A stretch of DNA of 64,000 nucleotides from the human T2T-CHM13v2.0 reference genome, Homo sapiens. The notes below the pieces were generated by a model that was not told the origin of the DNA, searched no databases, and saw nothing but the letters and a program-made list of their open reading frames with translations. The stretch lies in NCBI RefSeq assembly GCF_009914755.1, contig NC_060947.1. The stretch is one strand, 5' to 3'. Below are positions 1 to 12,404 of the stretch, piece by piece (position 1 is the first letter of the stretch; the number at the start of each line of letters is the position of its first letter). The translations under genes were made by a program, and so were the position numbers.

Positions 1-1861
1 AGTAACTCACTTTCCTCTGAATACTCAGAATAAATCGCCCCAGCTAGTACAGCAACCCCCTTCTTTGCCTACTGACTCCCTGGCACAAGAAGCACCAAGT
101 GCCAGGTAGCAGTATCAGTTCAATGAAATCACTGTTTTGTCATCTGAATGAAGCAGAGGCAGAGATTCCAGGAAAGGTTTTACACTTGAGGTTTTCTATC
201 AAATACTCTTAACTCATAGTATTCAAAAGGATAAAATCATGACTCTTAGGCAAATATAAAATTAGCACAAGTCCGAAATTTAGCTTTTTAATTGATGAAA
301 AAACAGTAAAATGTTCCAGACCAAAGAGCATTTAAGGAGTGAGGTATTTACAAGCAATGTTAGGATAAGTTTCCTGGGTTAGATTTTTTTAAAAACGGGC
401 TAATGTCCAATAGAGTTCATAAACAGTAACCTTTATGGTTATCTGTTCTTTGGACAGAAATTATTTGAGTTTCTATTAGATAAAATTCTACTAGTTCATC
501 TCTGCCTCTACTTATGGGTGAAATAGCCTAGAAAATACCATGCCATGCCCAGCACTACACTAAAAGAGCATCTGTAATCTTTTTTGCCTAATTCCAAGTT
601 TCTTAAGGACAAGTGCAATTCAAATGTAATGCCTAACTATCATCTGAATATCAATATCATACCTCAACAGGACCAATACCCAGAGAGTTAAAGTGACATG
701 GCCCATATTACTTAGCATGTTAATGTGCCTTTGAGCTCAAAACCAAAGTCCCCTGAATTCTATCCTGATTCCTTTCTAACCATTCCCATGAGCCTTTTTC
801 CATATATTCTAGGTAGAGAAAGTTTAAAAGGGCAGTTCCTCTCCTTTAAGTTATTCTACTTCCACGTGATTATTTGCCCATTCTTCCGGAAGGTAAGTGT
901 CATAGCTCTAAAGGCACAGTTTGAGAAGTCACATTTGCATTTAAATTATCCCGCTGTCTTTGGTTTGCTGAGTGTCCTTGAGCAAAGCTTTAATGCCCTG
1001 GGACAGAAGATAGTGTAAAATATAATAGTATATACCTTGTACAATTGCAGGTGAGGTTTAAATTGATTAGTACCTGCACTTAGTGGATACTAAATAAATA
1101 CTAGTTCTCATTTCCCTTCCTACCCACCGTTAATTAATAATGTTTTACTTCACTAATGATGCCATTCAGAACCTATCGCCTATAAATGAAGTCTATTCCT
1201 TTGTGGTCTACTATAACTACCGTAATTTTAAATCATTGCCTAAACATCAAAAAGGCTGGTTGGAAGTGAAGAGACCATATCTAGAGACAGTCTGGACAAA
1301 CTTCTTTAGCAAACGGTGACAACAGGGTTTTTACTGTTTCATTTTGACCTACTACAGAAAGGTAAACATTTTCCTAATTGAAATGTTAAAAAGGCTTATG
1401 TTGGCATAAGCAGGGCTTTTGCTACATATAACTAATATTGATGTAGCGCCAGTATAGTTTATAAATTGCTTTAACATAAATTCTGCCAAATCATCCTGTG
1501 AACACAGGGATGGCGGCCTTGGGCCAGTTTCTCTCAAAGCCTCAGTTTATTCTGTAAAATGGAGAAGAATAATGGTTTCCCATCAGAGAGACTAGCACGG
1601 AGTAGGCGAGTAGGCCTTCAGTGCATAATAACCATCATCAAAACCATAAGTAGCAACACCACCACCACCATCATCATAACCTTACGGATAAGCAAACTGA
1701 AACAGCACAGGTTAAGAAACTAGTCCACTGTCACAGAAGTGGGCCCTGCCATCAGGTATTAGCTGTGTGGCTCTTGGCAATGTTTATAAGATGAGAATGA
1801 TGAGATTTGCCCCACCTCCCCACCTTTCAACCATGAATGTCAAAGGTATCTGAAAACTATT

Positions 1862-1990
1862 CCATGGATGAGAAAACTGGGGCACAGGGAGGCTAAGTAA
1901 CTTGCCTAGGGCACACAGCTCATAAATGTCACAGCCAAGATTCAAACCCAGGCAATGTTTCCACAGAATCCGTACTCTTAATCACCCCAT
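1862..1990 (-). mobile_element. MIR SINE fragment
   Basis: MIR core in reverse: atgagaaaactggggcacagggaggctaagtaacttgcc...gattcaaacccagg. Confidence 0.75.
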
Positions 1991-2197
1991 CATATTGCTT
2001 CAATGAAATAAATTATTATGATGGAAAAAATGCTATATTACCCTCCCCTCTTCATCAGTTATACTCCCCTCCAGGGCTTCTATGTAACATTTTGTGTATT
2101 TCTTTCTTTTTTTTTTTTTGTAGCTCTTGTCATATCATTTTAAATTATTCATTTCCTTACCCATTTCCCCTACCAGCCTATGAGCTTTTGAGGTCAC

Positions 2198-2606
2198 TGT
2201 ATTAGTTTCCTAGGGCTGCAGGAATTTATTCTCTCACAATCCTGAAAGCCAGAAGTATGAAATCAAGGTGTCAGCAGGGCCATGTTCCCTCCAAAGTCTC
2301 TGGAAAAGAACTCTTCCTTGCCTTTTCCTAGCTTCTGGTGATTCGGGTAATCCTTTGCATTCCTTGGCTTGCAGTTGCATCACTCCAACTTCTGCCTCTG
2401 CCTTTACATGGCCATATTCTCTCTGTATGTCTGTCTCTAAAACTCCCTCTCCTTATAAAAACACCTTAGAGGGCCCATGTTAATCCAGTATGACCTCATT
2501 TTAGCTCAACTAATTATATCTGCAAAGATCCTATTTCCAAGTAAGGTCACATTCTGAGGTTCTAGGTGAACATGAATTTTGGGTACACACTATTCAACCA
2601 AGTATA
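2198..2606 (-). mobile_element. MaLR solo LTR (MLT1B/C-like)
   Basis: tgtattagtttcctagggctgc...atttattctctcaca...aatcaaggtgtcagcagggc...aaggtcacattctgagg. Confidence 0.8.
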
Positions 2607-2739
2607 GGCACCAACTGTGTCTAATATTTTTATAGATTCCCTGGCCCTAGTGTAAAATACATACAGATTAAGCCAGAGATAGCTTGGTGACTGAGCATGC
2701 AGGTGCCGGAGTAAAATTCCCTGGGAAAAAAACATTCTT

Positions 2740-2918
2740 TCTGCCTCTAACAACTGTGAGCCTTTAAGCGATGGTTCCAAATGCTCTATGCCTTGGAGTC
2801 CTAATGTTTAAAATAGTACCTATTTCACAGGGTTCTAATGAGACTGAACTTAGTTAATTCAGAACAAGTGCTTAGAACAATAACTAGTCCATAAGAAGTA
2901 TTCAACAAAGATTATTTT
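2740..2918 (+). mobile_element. MIR SINE fragment
   Basis: Degenerate MIR core and 3' end (aatagtacctatttcacagggtt...gtgcttagaaca). Confidence 0.6.
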
Positions 2919-3696
2919 TAGACAGCAAACACAATATTTTTAAATGAAATAATGCAAGCAAGGAGTTCCAGAAAGCACTAAAACAGCCTATATTCAGCTG
3001 TTAATATTATAAAATATTCTCACATCAACCCTTTCTCTGTGTGTAGTATTTTTAGAGCATCAATGAACATTCAATTTAAAAGAGAGAATGGCTGTAGGAG
3101 GGAAGGAGGTGAAAAGGAAAAGGCTTGCCTTCCCTTTCCCCTCAGGGGAAAAAATTAAAAAGAGCCATGGAGAAGCAGTATAATTTCTAAGAGACCATGC
3201 CAGGAAAATGGAATTGCTTTTCTGAAAATAGAAGATTAATACCTGGAGGGTCTAAAATGTAATTATGGTATTGATCTCAGGAAAGCCTTGGATGGATCTT
3301 TTTTTTCCTCTTGTGGTCTCAGTTATCATTAAAATGGGCTCACATGTCAGGGTCGGCAGACTACAAAGTACCTGCACGGAACACATCAAGGCAGGCAAAA
3401 AGGTCCTCTTAGTGGGTTCTGGGAGGTATCTCAAGGTAACTTTTAATGTATGTCAGCATGGTTCACTCATTAATTTTCTCAATGGCTTTGGTAACTGATT
3501 TAATAAGCTGTTAATGAAGTAGCAAGGCAAAACTAAGAGCTACTGTGTCCTAGTTCCATCCATCCTGTGGTGTGGCTGCACGAACAGGAAGACCCCAAAC
3601 CTCAGGATTGAAATGAATTAAAGCTGATTTTACATCTTTCCTCTCTAGCTCCATTAAGGAAATGAATTTTTTAAAAATTCCAGATATACTTCCCCC

Positions 3697-4059
3697 TGTT
3701 AAAAGATAAACTTAGGCACATTAAAATTTTAAAGAGTTTATTTGAGCAGACAGTGATTCATGAATCAGGCAGCAACAAACTACAAGGGGTTTGGGCTCCA
3801 CTGACACAGGGTAAGAAGAAAACTTTTGTAAACAAAAGTTTGGAAGCAAAACAAAGAAAACATTTGATGGGTTAAGGTAGAAGAGTAGCCTTAGAGTCCC
3901 TAGTTTGAAATTAGTTGGTTATTTCTTATTATTTAAGCTTAAGTTTCATTTCCTAGGATACGACCATTTGCTCTGACTTGGGTTTTGGTTTGCTTATGCA
4001 GGAATCCAGGGTGCTGGAGCCACCTCAATCTAATGGCCTCTCAATTAATTATTTTAACA
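3697..4059 (-). mobile_element. ERV1 (MER4-group, MER93-like) solo LTR
   Basis: TGTTAAAA...TTTTAACA inverted termini; reverse strand begins tgttaaaataattaattgagaggccattag; flanks cccc/ctcc. Confidence 0.65.
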
Positions 4060-4202
4060 CTCCTCAGTTCCCTTCCCTTCCAACCAGTTCAGAATCCTGC
4101 AACCAACACCTTCCCCTCCTTGGTTGGACAAACACATAACCCAGTGTTTTACTGGGAGGCTCTGGCTACCTCCAAAATGAATACAAGTCTTGAGACTGAT
4201 GA

Positions 4203-4526
<324 letters not shown>

Positions 4527-4779
4527 GAAACTCTGGATTTTTAAAGAAATAGCCCTAACAACAACTTGTCATTAATATATTAGGGGCCCTTTGGGGCAGT
4601 TAAGGGGAGCAAGATGAAGATGTGTCTGAGAACTTTTGGAGATCTCTGATTTTATGATTATAGTTTCACTAAATCATTCAGTCAAAACTTTTAGCATTCC
4701 ACATCCTTCTCCAGAGAAACTATGCCAGCTGCAGATAGTTTCAAATGATTGAATCTTGTCATTCTAGAATGAGAATGAG

Positions 4780-4960
4780 AAATTAGGCTGGAGAGAAAAG
4801 CAGGGATGAAAATATGAAGTCACATGCCTGTTTTAGGATCTTGGGATTTATCTTGTAAGCAGTGGGATGCCATTACAAGATTTTAAGAGTGATTTTGCAT
4901 TTCAGCACATAATTCTGACTACAAAGTATGGAAGAGATCAGAAGGGGATGAAAGGATAAA
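4780..4960 (-). mobile_element. L2 fragment
   Basis: aggctggagag...ggatttatcttgtaagcagtgggatgccatt...gattttaag resembles L2 3' region. Confidence 0.5.
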
Positions 4961-5264
4961 AGAAGAATGAAAGGATAAATGTAATTATGGTATTGATTTC
5001 AGGAAAGCCTTGGATGGATCTAAGTGATCTCTAAAGTTTTGAAATTAAATATTCCTGTTGAAACGTGACAAGATCCATCTACTGATGAACATCATTTGAA
5101 CAAAGGAGAATTTCCAGCCTAGACAAAGACAGAAACAAAGCGGACCCTAGAAACTTGAATAAAAACTTTACCAGTGAAAATTTGTCAAAAATCATGGTGC
5201 TACCAGCTGAATATTCAGCAACATTCCACTTCCAGTTACAATCAGGAGTTAAGCAAAGTATGCA

Positions 5265-5480
5265 AAATGGTAAGGCTGTATCACTTTGTGGTTAAGTACA
5301 TTTGAGACCTATGTTTGAGTATCAAATGTGCCACTTTCTCTTCCTTTTTGTTCCTGTTCCTTTGATGTGTTGCTTCATCTCTCAAATTCTCCCATCTGTA
5401 ATGGGAACAAGGATAGCAGCACCAAATTTACGATGGGCCATTGTGAGATCCATGCATGTAAAGAATTGGAACATTATATG
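5265..5480 (+). mobile_element. MIR SINE
   Basis: gtggttaag...tttgagtatcaaatgtgccact...cccatctgtaatgggaa. Confidence 0.6.
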
Positions 5481-6599
5481 GTTTGTGATGAGGGTCATTT
5501 CTACCCAACTCAGTGGTTTCTTTACATGTGGAGAGAGCTCACTAGGGTATTCTTTCTGGCCTCTGTCAGCCCCTCCACAGAAAGAATGACTGGATCTGAC
5601 TAGGGAGTTTGAAGATGTTTTTCTGCCCCACTCCTCTTTCCTTTTTCTTGGGAGATGCCTACCCTCCAAAATGGTATGTTGTGCTCTGGTCTTGCCTTAT
5701 GTTTTCAACATAATGGGAATGTTTTCTACGGAGAAAAATGTTTTCAATATTTCCCTCCAGGGAAAGCTTACAGTTCTCCAACATGATCTATGACTCAACA
5801 GGTAAGTCTAACTAATTCTAGAGTACAGAATTTTCAAGCCTGCTTGTCCACAGATATAAATCACATTTTCCAATATAAGCACTATTTGCAACAAAATTGA
5901 CACAGGTATACCACACAGAATTTGTCCTTGGTTAATGTTTTCTCAGGAGAATGCCTCTTGGTTTTTAAAAACTAAACTTTACCTAAGTACTCAGTGGAAT
6001 GAGGGTTGCATTTAAAAAAACTACATTTATGCCTTTAAAAATCAATACAACATTTTTAACAAAAGAATGTGTGAAAAACATCCAGAAGTTTCACTCCAAA
6101 TACAACTGGCATTTAGAATGAATCAAGTTTAGATGAATCAGAAGTACACATAGCTATTTTAAAGTGCTCCAAGTATCAACAGAGGGGATTTGTGGCTAGG
6201 ATGTTCCTAGCACTAAGAAAAATATCACTGCAGACAAAGCAACTGTTTGTCAATAGCCATATTAATTTCGGTTGGTTTGGTACCAAGGAAACAATGTTTT
6301 AAGCATTTATCTCATGATATGACAGTTTCTTCTTCATGCGTGGACATTTTAATGTGTTTTAGTTGGTTGGGGGTTTGGGGTTGATTTGTAATGCACAATA
6401 ATTTTCCCTATTTAAAATAATTGGAAAAGGGCTCCTTTAGTATTTTCATATAGAACAACTGATTTCATTAACACAAAACCAATGTCAAGCTAGAGGTGTC
6501 TGTATTTTGGGCCTCTCATCTGCCTTACCTGTTTGTCTTATTTTTCAACTGGTTAACAACCCAATGAAAAAAGGAGATGGCTATTTGCTGGCCCCAGCT

Positions 6600-7057
6600 A
6601 ATAACTAGAATGCAGCAAGTGTGACAGGGTGTCACCTCCAAGATCAGGTTACAAAAGACTCTGACATCTGTCTTGCCCTCTCTGTGGCTTTTATTGCTTG
6701 CTTACTCAGAAGAAGCAAGCTACTATGTAGTGAATGGCCCTACAGAGAGGTCTACATAGCAAGGAACTGAGGGAGGCCTCTGGCCAATATCCAGCAAGCA
6801 ACTGAGGCCTTCAGTCCAGTAACCTGTGAAAAACTGAATCCTGCCAACAGCCATATTCTCCACCAATTGAACCTTGAGGTGACTGCAGTCCTGGACAGCA
6901 CTTTGATTGTGGCCTTGTGAGAGACTCTGAGACAGGGGACCCAGCTAAGCCATGCACAGATTCCTGACCCACAGCAACTGTGCAGTAATAAATGTTTGTT
7001 GTATTAAAGCCACTAAACTCTAAGGCAATTTGTATGCAGTAATAGCTAACTAATACA
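6600..7057 (+). mobile_element. MaLR LTR (MLT1E/F-like)
   Basis: gcaaggaactgagggaggcctctggcc...ctgaatcctgccaac...ccttgtgagagactctgag; ends gctaactaataca. Confidence 0.8.
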
Positions 7058-7259
7058 CTCAGTAAATGTATGCTGATAACAACGACAACAATGCATGATT
7101 TAATTACTCCCTGAAGAGTTCACACGATCTGGATACTTAGATACTTCCTTCTTGGAAATAGACCATGACTTTCTGAACATTGTCTGGTATTTGTGGAAAA
7201 CTAAATAGGGGACTTGCCAAAAACTAGGTTGGATCCCATCACTTTAAATCAAGGCCAAA

Positions 7260-7430
7260 TTTAGAGCATCACTATCCGGAAAGGAACTTTGATGTCACTA
7301 GCCAAATCCCATCATTTTACAGAAATGGAAACTAAGGCTCAGAAGAGCTAAGTGACTTGCCCAGGACCATGGCAGTGTCATTTTAGAACCAAGGGCTCCT
7401 GACTCCTACACTAAGGTTCTTCCACAACAT
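7260..7430 (-). mobile_element. MIR SINE fragment
   Basis: cattttacagaaatggaaactaaggctcagaagagctaagtgacttgcccagg. Confidence 0.7.
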
Positions 7431-8770
7431 CTCTTGATAGTGTATAGAAGACAGGAAGATCAGAAAGGCTGGAGAACCCTGAATGTATAAAGTATGACTT
7501 AAGCAGGGCTTGAAACAATGGGTAGGGTTAGGGAAGGCATTTCACATAAGGAGTCTATATGACAGAAAGAACAGTGATGGGACTGTGTCTCATGTGAGGG
7601 GTACCAAAAAACAAAATCTCCATGATTCAGTCAGTCATCCTGAAGCTCATATGAAAAGCAAGGATGAAGAGGCCTTGGAGCGAAATGGTACCTACAAGGA
7701 GCAGGGTAAGGAGGACAAATTTTGGTAGACAAACAAACCAAGGAACATTTGTGTGAGACTTTATGGCAGGAAGCAGAATGAATGTGGAAATAAGATAAAT
7801 GGGTGGGCAGGAAATGTGGCAGGCATCAGAATTTGGGAAACTTTATAGTTTCACAGTCTTGAAGCAGAAGGAAAGAAAGAGGAAAGGCTCACACTTGTAG
7901 ACGTAGGGCTCAGATGTGTGCTTAGAGTATGCCAAAACCCTTACCTGGATCTTGTGGCAGGATCCTCCCTTATATGACCATATTGGCTGCCAGATATTGT
8001 TATGTAGTGTTTAATCTATACAGATGTACACTACAGCCGTGTGGTAGGCGAATAAAGCTTTGGAAATTGATACATAAAATTCGTATACAAAAACCCACCT
8101 TTAAATAAATTATTAAAAAAGTAATAATTTATTTGAATTACTGATTCCTCATACCCAGGCTGAGGAATCCCAAATGTAACATCTTATCATAATTGGTTTA
8201 GCAAATCCAGTGATAATTCTCTGATTCTTGACACAGACACTGGCACGTCAGAGAGGAGCCAAAAGGGCAATGAACTGGAGCCACAAGTCTGGATTCTAGT
8301 CTAGTGTGACTTAACCTCTCTGCATTTCATATATTGGTAATTCAACTGCCCAATAAAGATAATAATAGCTGCCTGTCCTATGTCACAAAGCTTCTGTGAA
8401 GGTTGAAGTTTGAAAAGTGTTAAAGGGCTGTACAAATGCTTGGCTACACAGAAAAAGAGATTCCACTAAGTTTTCCATTGCAGCCATGAAAAGACCCTTT
8501 TTCAGTGTGTAATGGCTTCCTTTACAAAGAGCAACGAGTTTCAAAGGATAAAATAACATAAAAATTGTATCACATTGTCACAGAACGTACAATAAATAAT
8601 GGGGCTGAAGACGATTCACAAAGATAATCAGATTGAGGCTCTGTGAAGCAGAGCATTCAATTCCTATGATTCTCAAATATGTTTTCCAGGTTTCAGCCAT
8701 GGAAGAAGTTCCAGCATCCAAATGATTTAGGCAGGGGGAAATGGAGGGATGAGTGTGGGGACTTCCCTGG

Positions 8771-9190
8771 TGTATTAGTTAAGGTAATGCTAGCTGCTTT
8801 AACAGATAAGCCCACAAACTCAGAGGCTTAACACAATGGACGTCTGTCATTCACTCAAAGCAACGGATTGGCAGGTAGCTTTTCTCTCTTCTAAGCAGTG
8901 ATTTGGGATCCAGACTCCCTCAATGGCTCCACCATCACCATGGCTCAAAGTCTACGGCCGAATCCTCTGTATCTGTTTGGTGTACAGGAAAAGATGAAGG
9001 AGGAACACCTGTTTTCAGCTACCTATACTTGGAGATGACATACATCACTTCCACTCATATTCCTGTGGTGAGAACTTTTTATACATTCTGCTAGGCACAA
9101 GGGTGGTAGAAAACGTTGTTCCTGGTTTGCCAGGAACAACTCAACACTATGAAAGGGGAGCCCAAGTCTCTGGGGGTCAGGAAACCACTA
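8771..9190 (-). mobile_element. Ancient MaLR/ERVL-type LTR (MLT1K/L-like)
   Basis: tgtattagttaaggtaatgctagctgctttaacaga...gaggcttaacacaat; atcacttccactcatattcc. Confidence 0.55.
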
Positions 9191-9629
9191 TGCCTCACTT
9201 GGGAACAGAAAGAACACAGATGTCTACTGTTTTGTATCCTTGCCTCTTGCCAGCATTTCTAGGGAATACACACATCAAAGGTTTTTATAGCTAGAAGTGT
9301 TATCAATAAAACAAATAGCTTTGCTCAGAAAGCTGCTGACATTTATCCTTAAATCATATGAAAATAGGCCTTCATAGTTCTAAACCAGAGATCAGAAGCT
9401 AATGGGAAGACATTATTTAAAAAAAAAAAAAAAAGGCACTGAAGTCAAGCCAGGCTAGGTTCTAATCCCTGCTCCAGCCCAAGCAATGAGAGACCTTGCA
9501 TAATTTATTTAACCCTTCCAAACTTCAATGTCTTCAGCAGCATACCCTCAATAAGAAGATTACTGTAATGACATGGCAAGTGCTTGGCTCATAAAAGGCA
9601 CTTGTAAAATAGCGCCCTCATGGCATCTC

Positions 9630-10160
9630 CTGAAGTTGAGCACATACATCTCCCATAGCCCAGCAACTCACTCCCAGGTATATAGCCAACAAATACATAT
9701 ATTTGCCAAAAGTTAAGTACCAGAATGTTCAGAGCAGCACTGTTCAAATAGCTAAAAAGCAGAAATATACTCATGCTCACCAAGTGTACAATGGATAAAT
9801 AGATTGTGGTATATCTTACACACAATGCTACACAGCATGAAAATGAACAAACTGTAGCTACGTGCACCAATATGGATGAATCTCACAAGCATATATTGAG
9901 CAGAAGATACAACAGAATACCTACCGTGTGATTCCATTTATATAAAGTTCCAAACAGACAAAATTAATCTGCACCGTTAGAGAGAAAATGATTGATCGTT
10001 ACCCTTGGAGGGAGATATTGCAAGGGAATAGACATGAACATGGCTTGTGGGATGCAGGTAATGTTCTCTTTTTGGATAGGGGTGTTAATTACTGGGTACA
10101 CTCAGTTTGTAAAAATTCACTAAGTTATATACTTACATCAATAAAAAGTGTTTAAAAATA
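9630..10160 (+). mobile_element. Old L1 (L1ME/L1MD-like) 3' end
   Basis: cagcaactcactcccaggtatatag...atggatgaatctcaca...gattccatttatataaagttc...caataaaaa. Confidence 0.8.
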
Positions 10161-11329
10161 ATGTCTTTCCCCTGAGAGACCCCCAAAGGGCTTAAATATT
10201 GCTCACAAGTACCACAGCCTCTGGAAGGGGATAAAAGGGTAAAAGGAGCAAGAAGGGAGAAATGTGAAAATAAGCCATAAAGAGGGAGGAGAGGGTGAGG
10301 ACACACAATAAGGCTGCAGGGTATCAACAGCCAGAGATATCTACCACTTCTCTAAATCATGCCATTTCTGTTATATCTAAACCCTGACAATTGCAAAAGG
10401 GTCCAGGTCACTTTTTTCACAGTACCCTGGCATTCTTATTTGGGCTAAGTTTTAGCACTGCTGAAAATACAAGTCTTCCCTATGGGCAATCCACTACATG
10501 TCTTCCAGATTATAATGTGTCTTTCTGTTCCATATGTCACCCTGTCATTTCTGTCATTGTGATTCTTTTTTCCTTTGTCATTTTGGTATGCTGGGGGAGT
10601 TAGGTTGTGTCTGTGTATGTTTGTGTTTTGTAAGGGTAGGGAGTCATCCTAACCAATGCCAGTCCTTGCAATTTATATATTACCCTAATCACCAATAAGA
10701 CTTTCAATATCATAATCATGTAAAAATCATTATCTGCTAATATCACCTCCAGATAGCCTGGTTTCCACAGGGGTAACTACAGGTAATAACTCAAGCTTAT
10801 GCTCACATGCTTCTACATATTGAACAAGGCACCCATAAATACTTGTCATGTGGAGTTATCCCATAATAACAAAAGGCCACTAAGATTACAACACTAGCAA
10901 TCATTGATCAACACATTTGGCTTCCTTTTATAAGTGATTGTATAAATGTTACCATCAAAGGGAAGTTTAAGAGGTTACCTTTCCATTTAGTCTAAGATAA
11001 AATTAAGGCCAAGAGACTTGAATAACTTGTTTTAAGACATATAGTATGACCAAAAGAAATCCAGATTTTTCTCTTCCCTATTTAGCATCCTTTCCCTACC
11101 CCATACCTTTAAAGGACTTCTGTTTCTCTTCACATGTAGTTGACATGAAATGAATATGATTCCAACATTCTGCATTTCCCATTTCAATCATAAGTCCCCA
11201 GGTCTGATGTCTACATAAATGAGTATCTTGGCTTTTGCCTAAAACAAATGTACTGAGATAATATTGTTAGGAAATTTCTAGAGGAAGCTGTATCAATTAT
11301 GTCTTTATTTCCTCAATTGTCAAGGTTTT

Positions 11330-11510
11330 TCTTTTTACTTTTTTTGAAACATTTTTTAAAGTTAAAAAATACAAGAATAGTACAAATAACTCCCATAAAA
11401 CTTTACCCAGACTGCTCAATTTTTACATTTTGCCACAGCTGCTTTATAATTCTCTCCTCCTCCCTCCTTCCTTCTTCTCTGTCTCTGGCTCTCTTTCTCT
11501 CTCTCTCTCT

Positions 11511-11561
<51 letters not shown>

Positions 11562-11925
11562 TAGTTTTTCTCTATTGAGAGATTACATAAATCATGCCAC
11601 TTTACCTCATAATACTTTAGTGTACATTTCCTAAGAATATGATATTTTCATATATAACCACAATTATAAAATTTGAGAAAATTAATATCGCCACCATATT
11701 TTTATCTTTTCTACAGTTCACATTCCAATTCTGTTAATCATCCCAGCAATGTCCTTTAAAGCATTACCTCCACTCAATCCAAGATCCAATCCAGTATGAC
11801 ATTTTATATTTTCTTTTCAAGCCTCTTTACTCTCCTCCAATATGGAAAAGTTATTTGGTCTTTCTTTTCTTTAATGATACTGACATTTTGGAAAAATGCA
11901 AGCCATTATTTTTACAATAGAATTA
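11330..11925 (-). mobile_element. Old L1 (L1MC-like) 3' end
   Basis: aagaatagtacaaataactcc...tttacccaga...cattttgccac; gtacatttcctaagaat...cataaccacaa. Confidence 0.6.
11512..11560. repeat. (AC)n microsatellite, about 24 units, preceded by (CT)n
   Basis: Perfect dinucleotide run seen directly. Confidence 0.98.
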
Positions 11926-11934
11926 TTTATCTAG

Positions 11935-12404
11935 GTTATACGACTTATCTATTGCTATGTCATAAACCATCCCAAAAGTCTGTGGCTTAAAACAAAAATT
12001 TATTAGAACAAATACTTCTCATCTCTCACTATTCCGTGGTTCAGCTAGATGCTTCTTCTGGTTGGGCCAGGTTGGCTAAAGCTGGGTGGTCTAGGATGAC
12101 CTCATTCACATGTCTGGCAGTTGGCTGAATATCAGCTTGGGTGACAAGGATGACTTAGCCATGTGTCTCTCAGCAGCCTAATTCAGGCTCATTCACATGG
12201 TAGTGATTACCGAGTTCCCAAGCTCAGGAAGAGAGTAAGCCCCAATGAACAAAGACCTCCCAAGCCTTCACTTGCATCATGTTTGTTAATGTCCTATTCG
12301 CCAAAGGAAATCACAAGGCCAGCCTAGGGTCAGTGTGGCAGAGCGCTTCCCTAGACCATAGATAGAAGTAGAATGATCTGTGGCCATTTTTATAATCTAC
12401 CACA
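11935..12404 (-). mobile_element. MaLR LTR (MLT1H/I-like)
   Basis: ttatctattgct...gtggcttaaaacaa...ggccaaaggaaatcacaaggccagcc; ends aatctaccaca. Confidence 0.7.
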
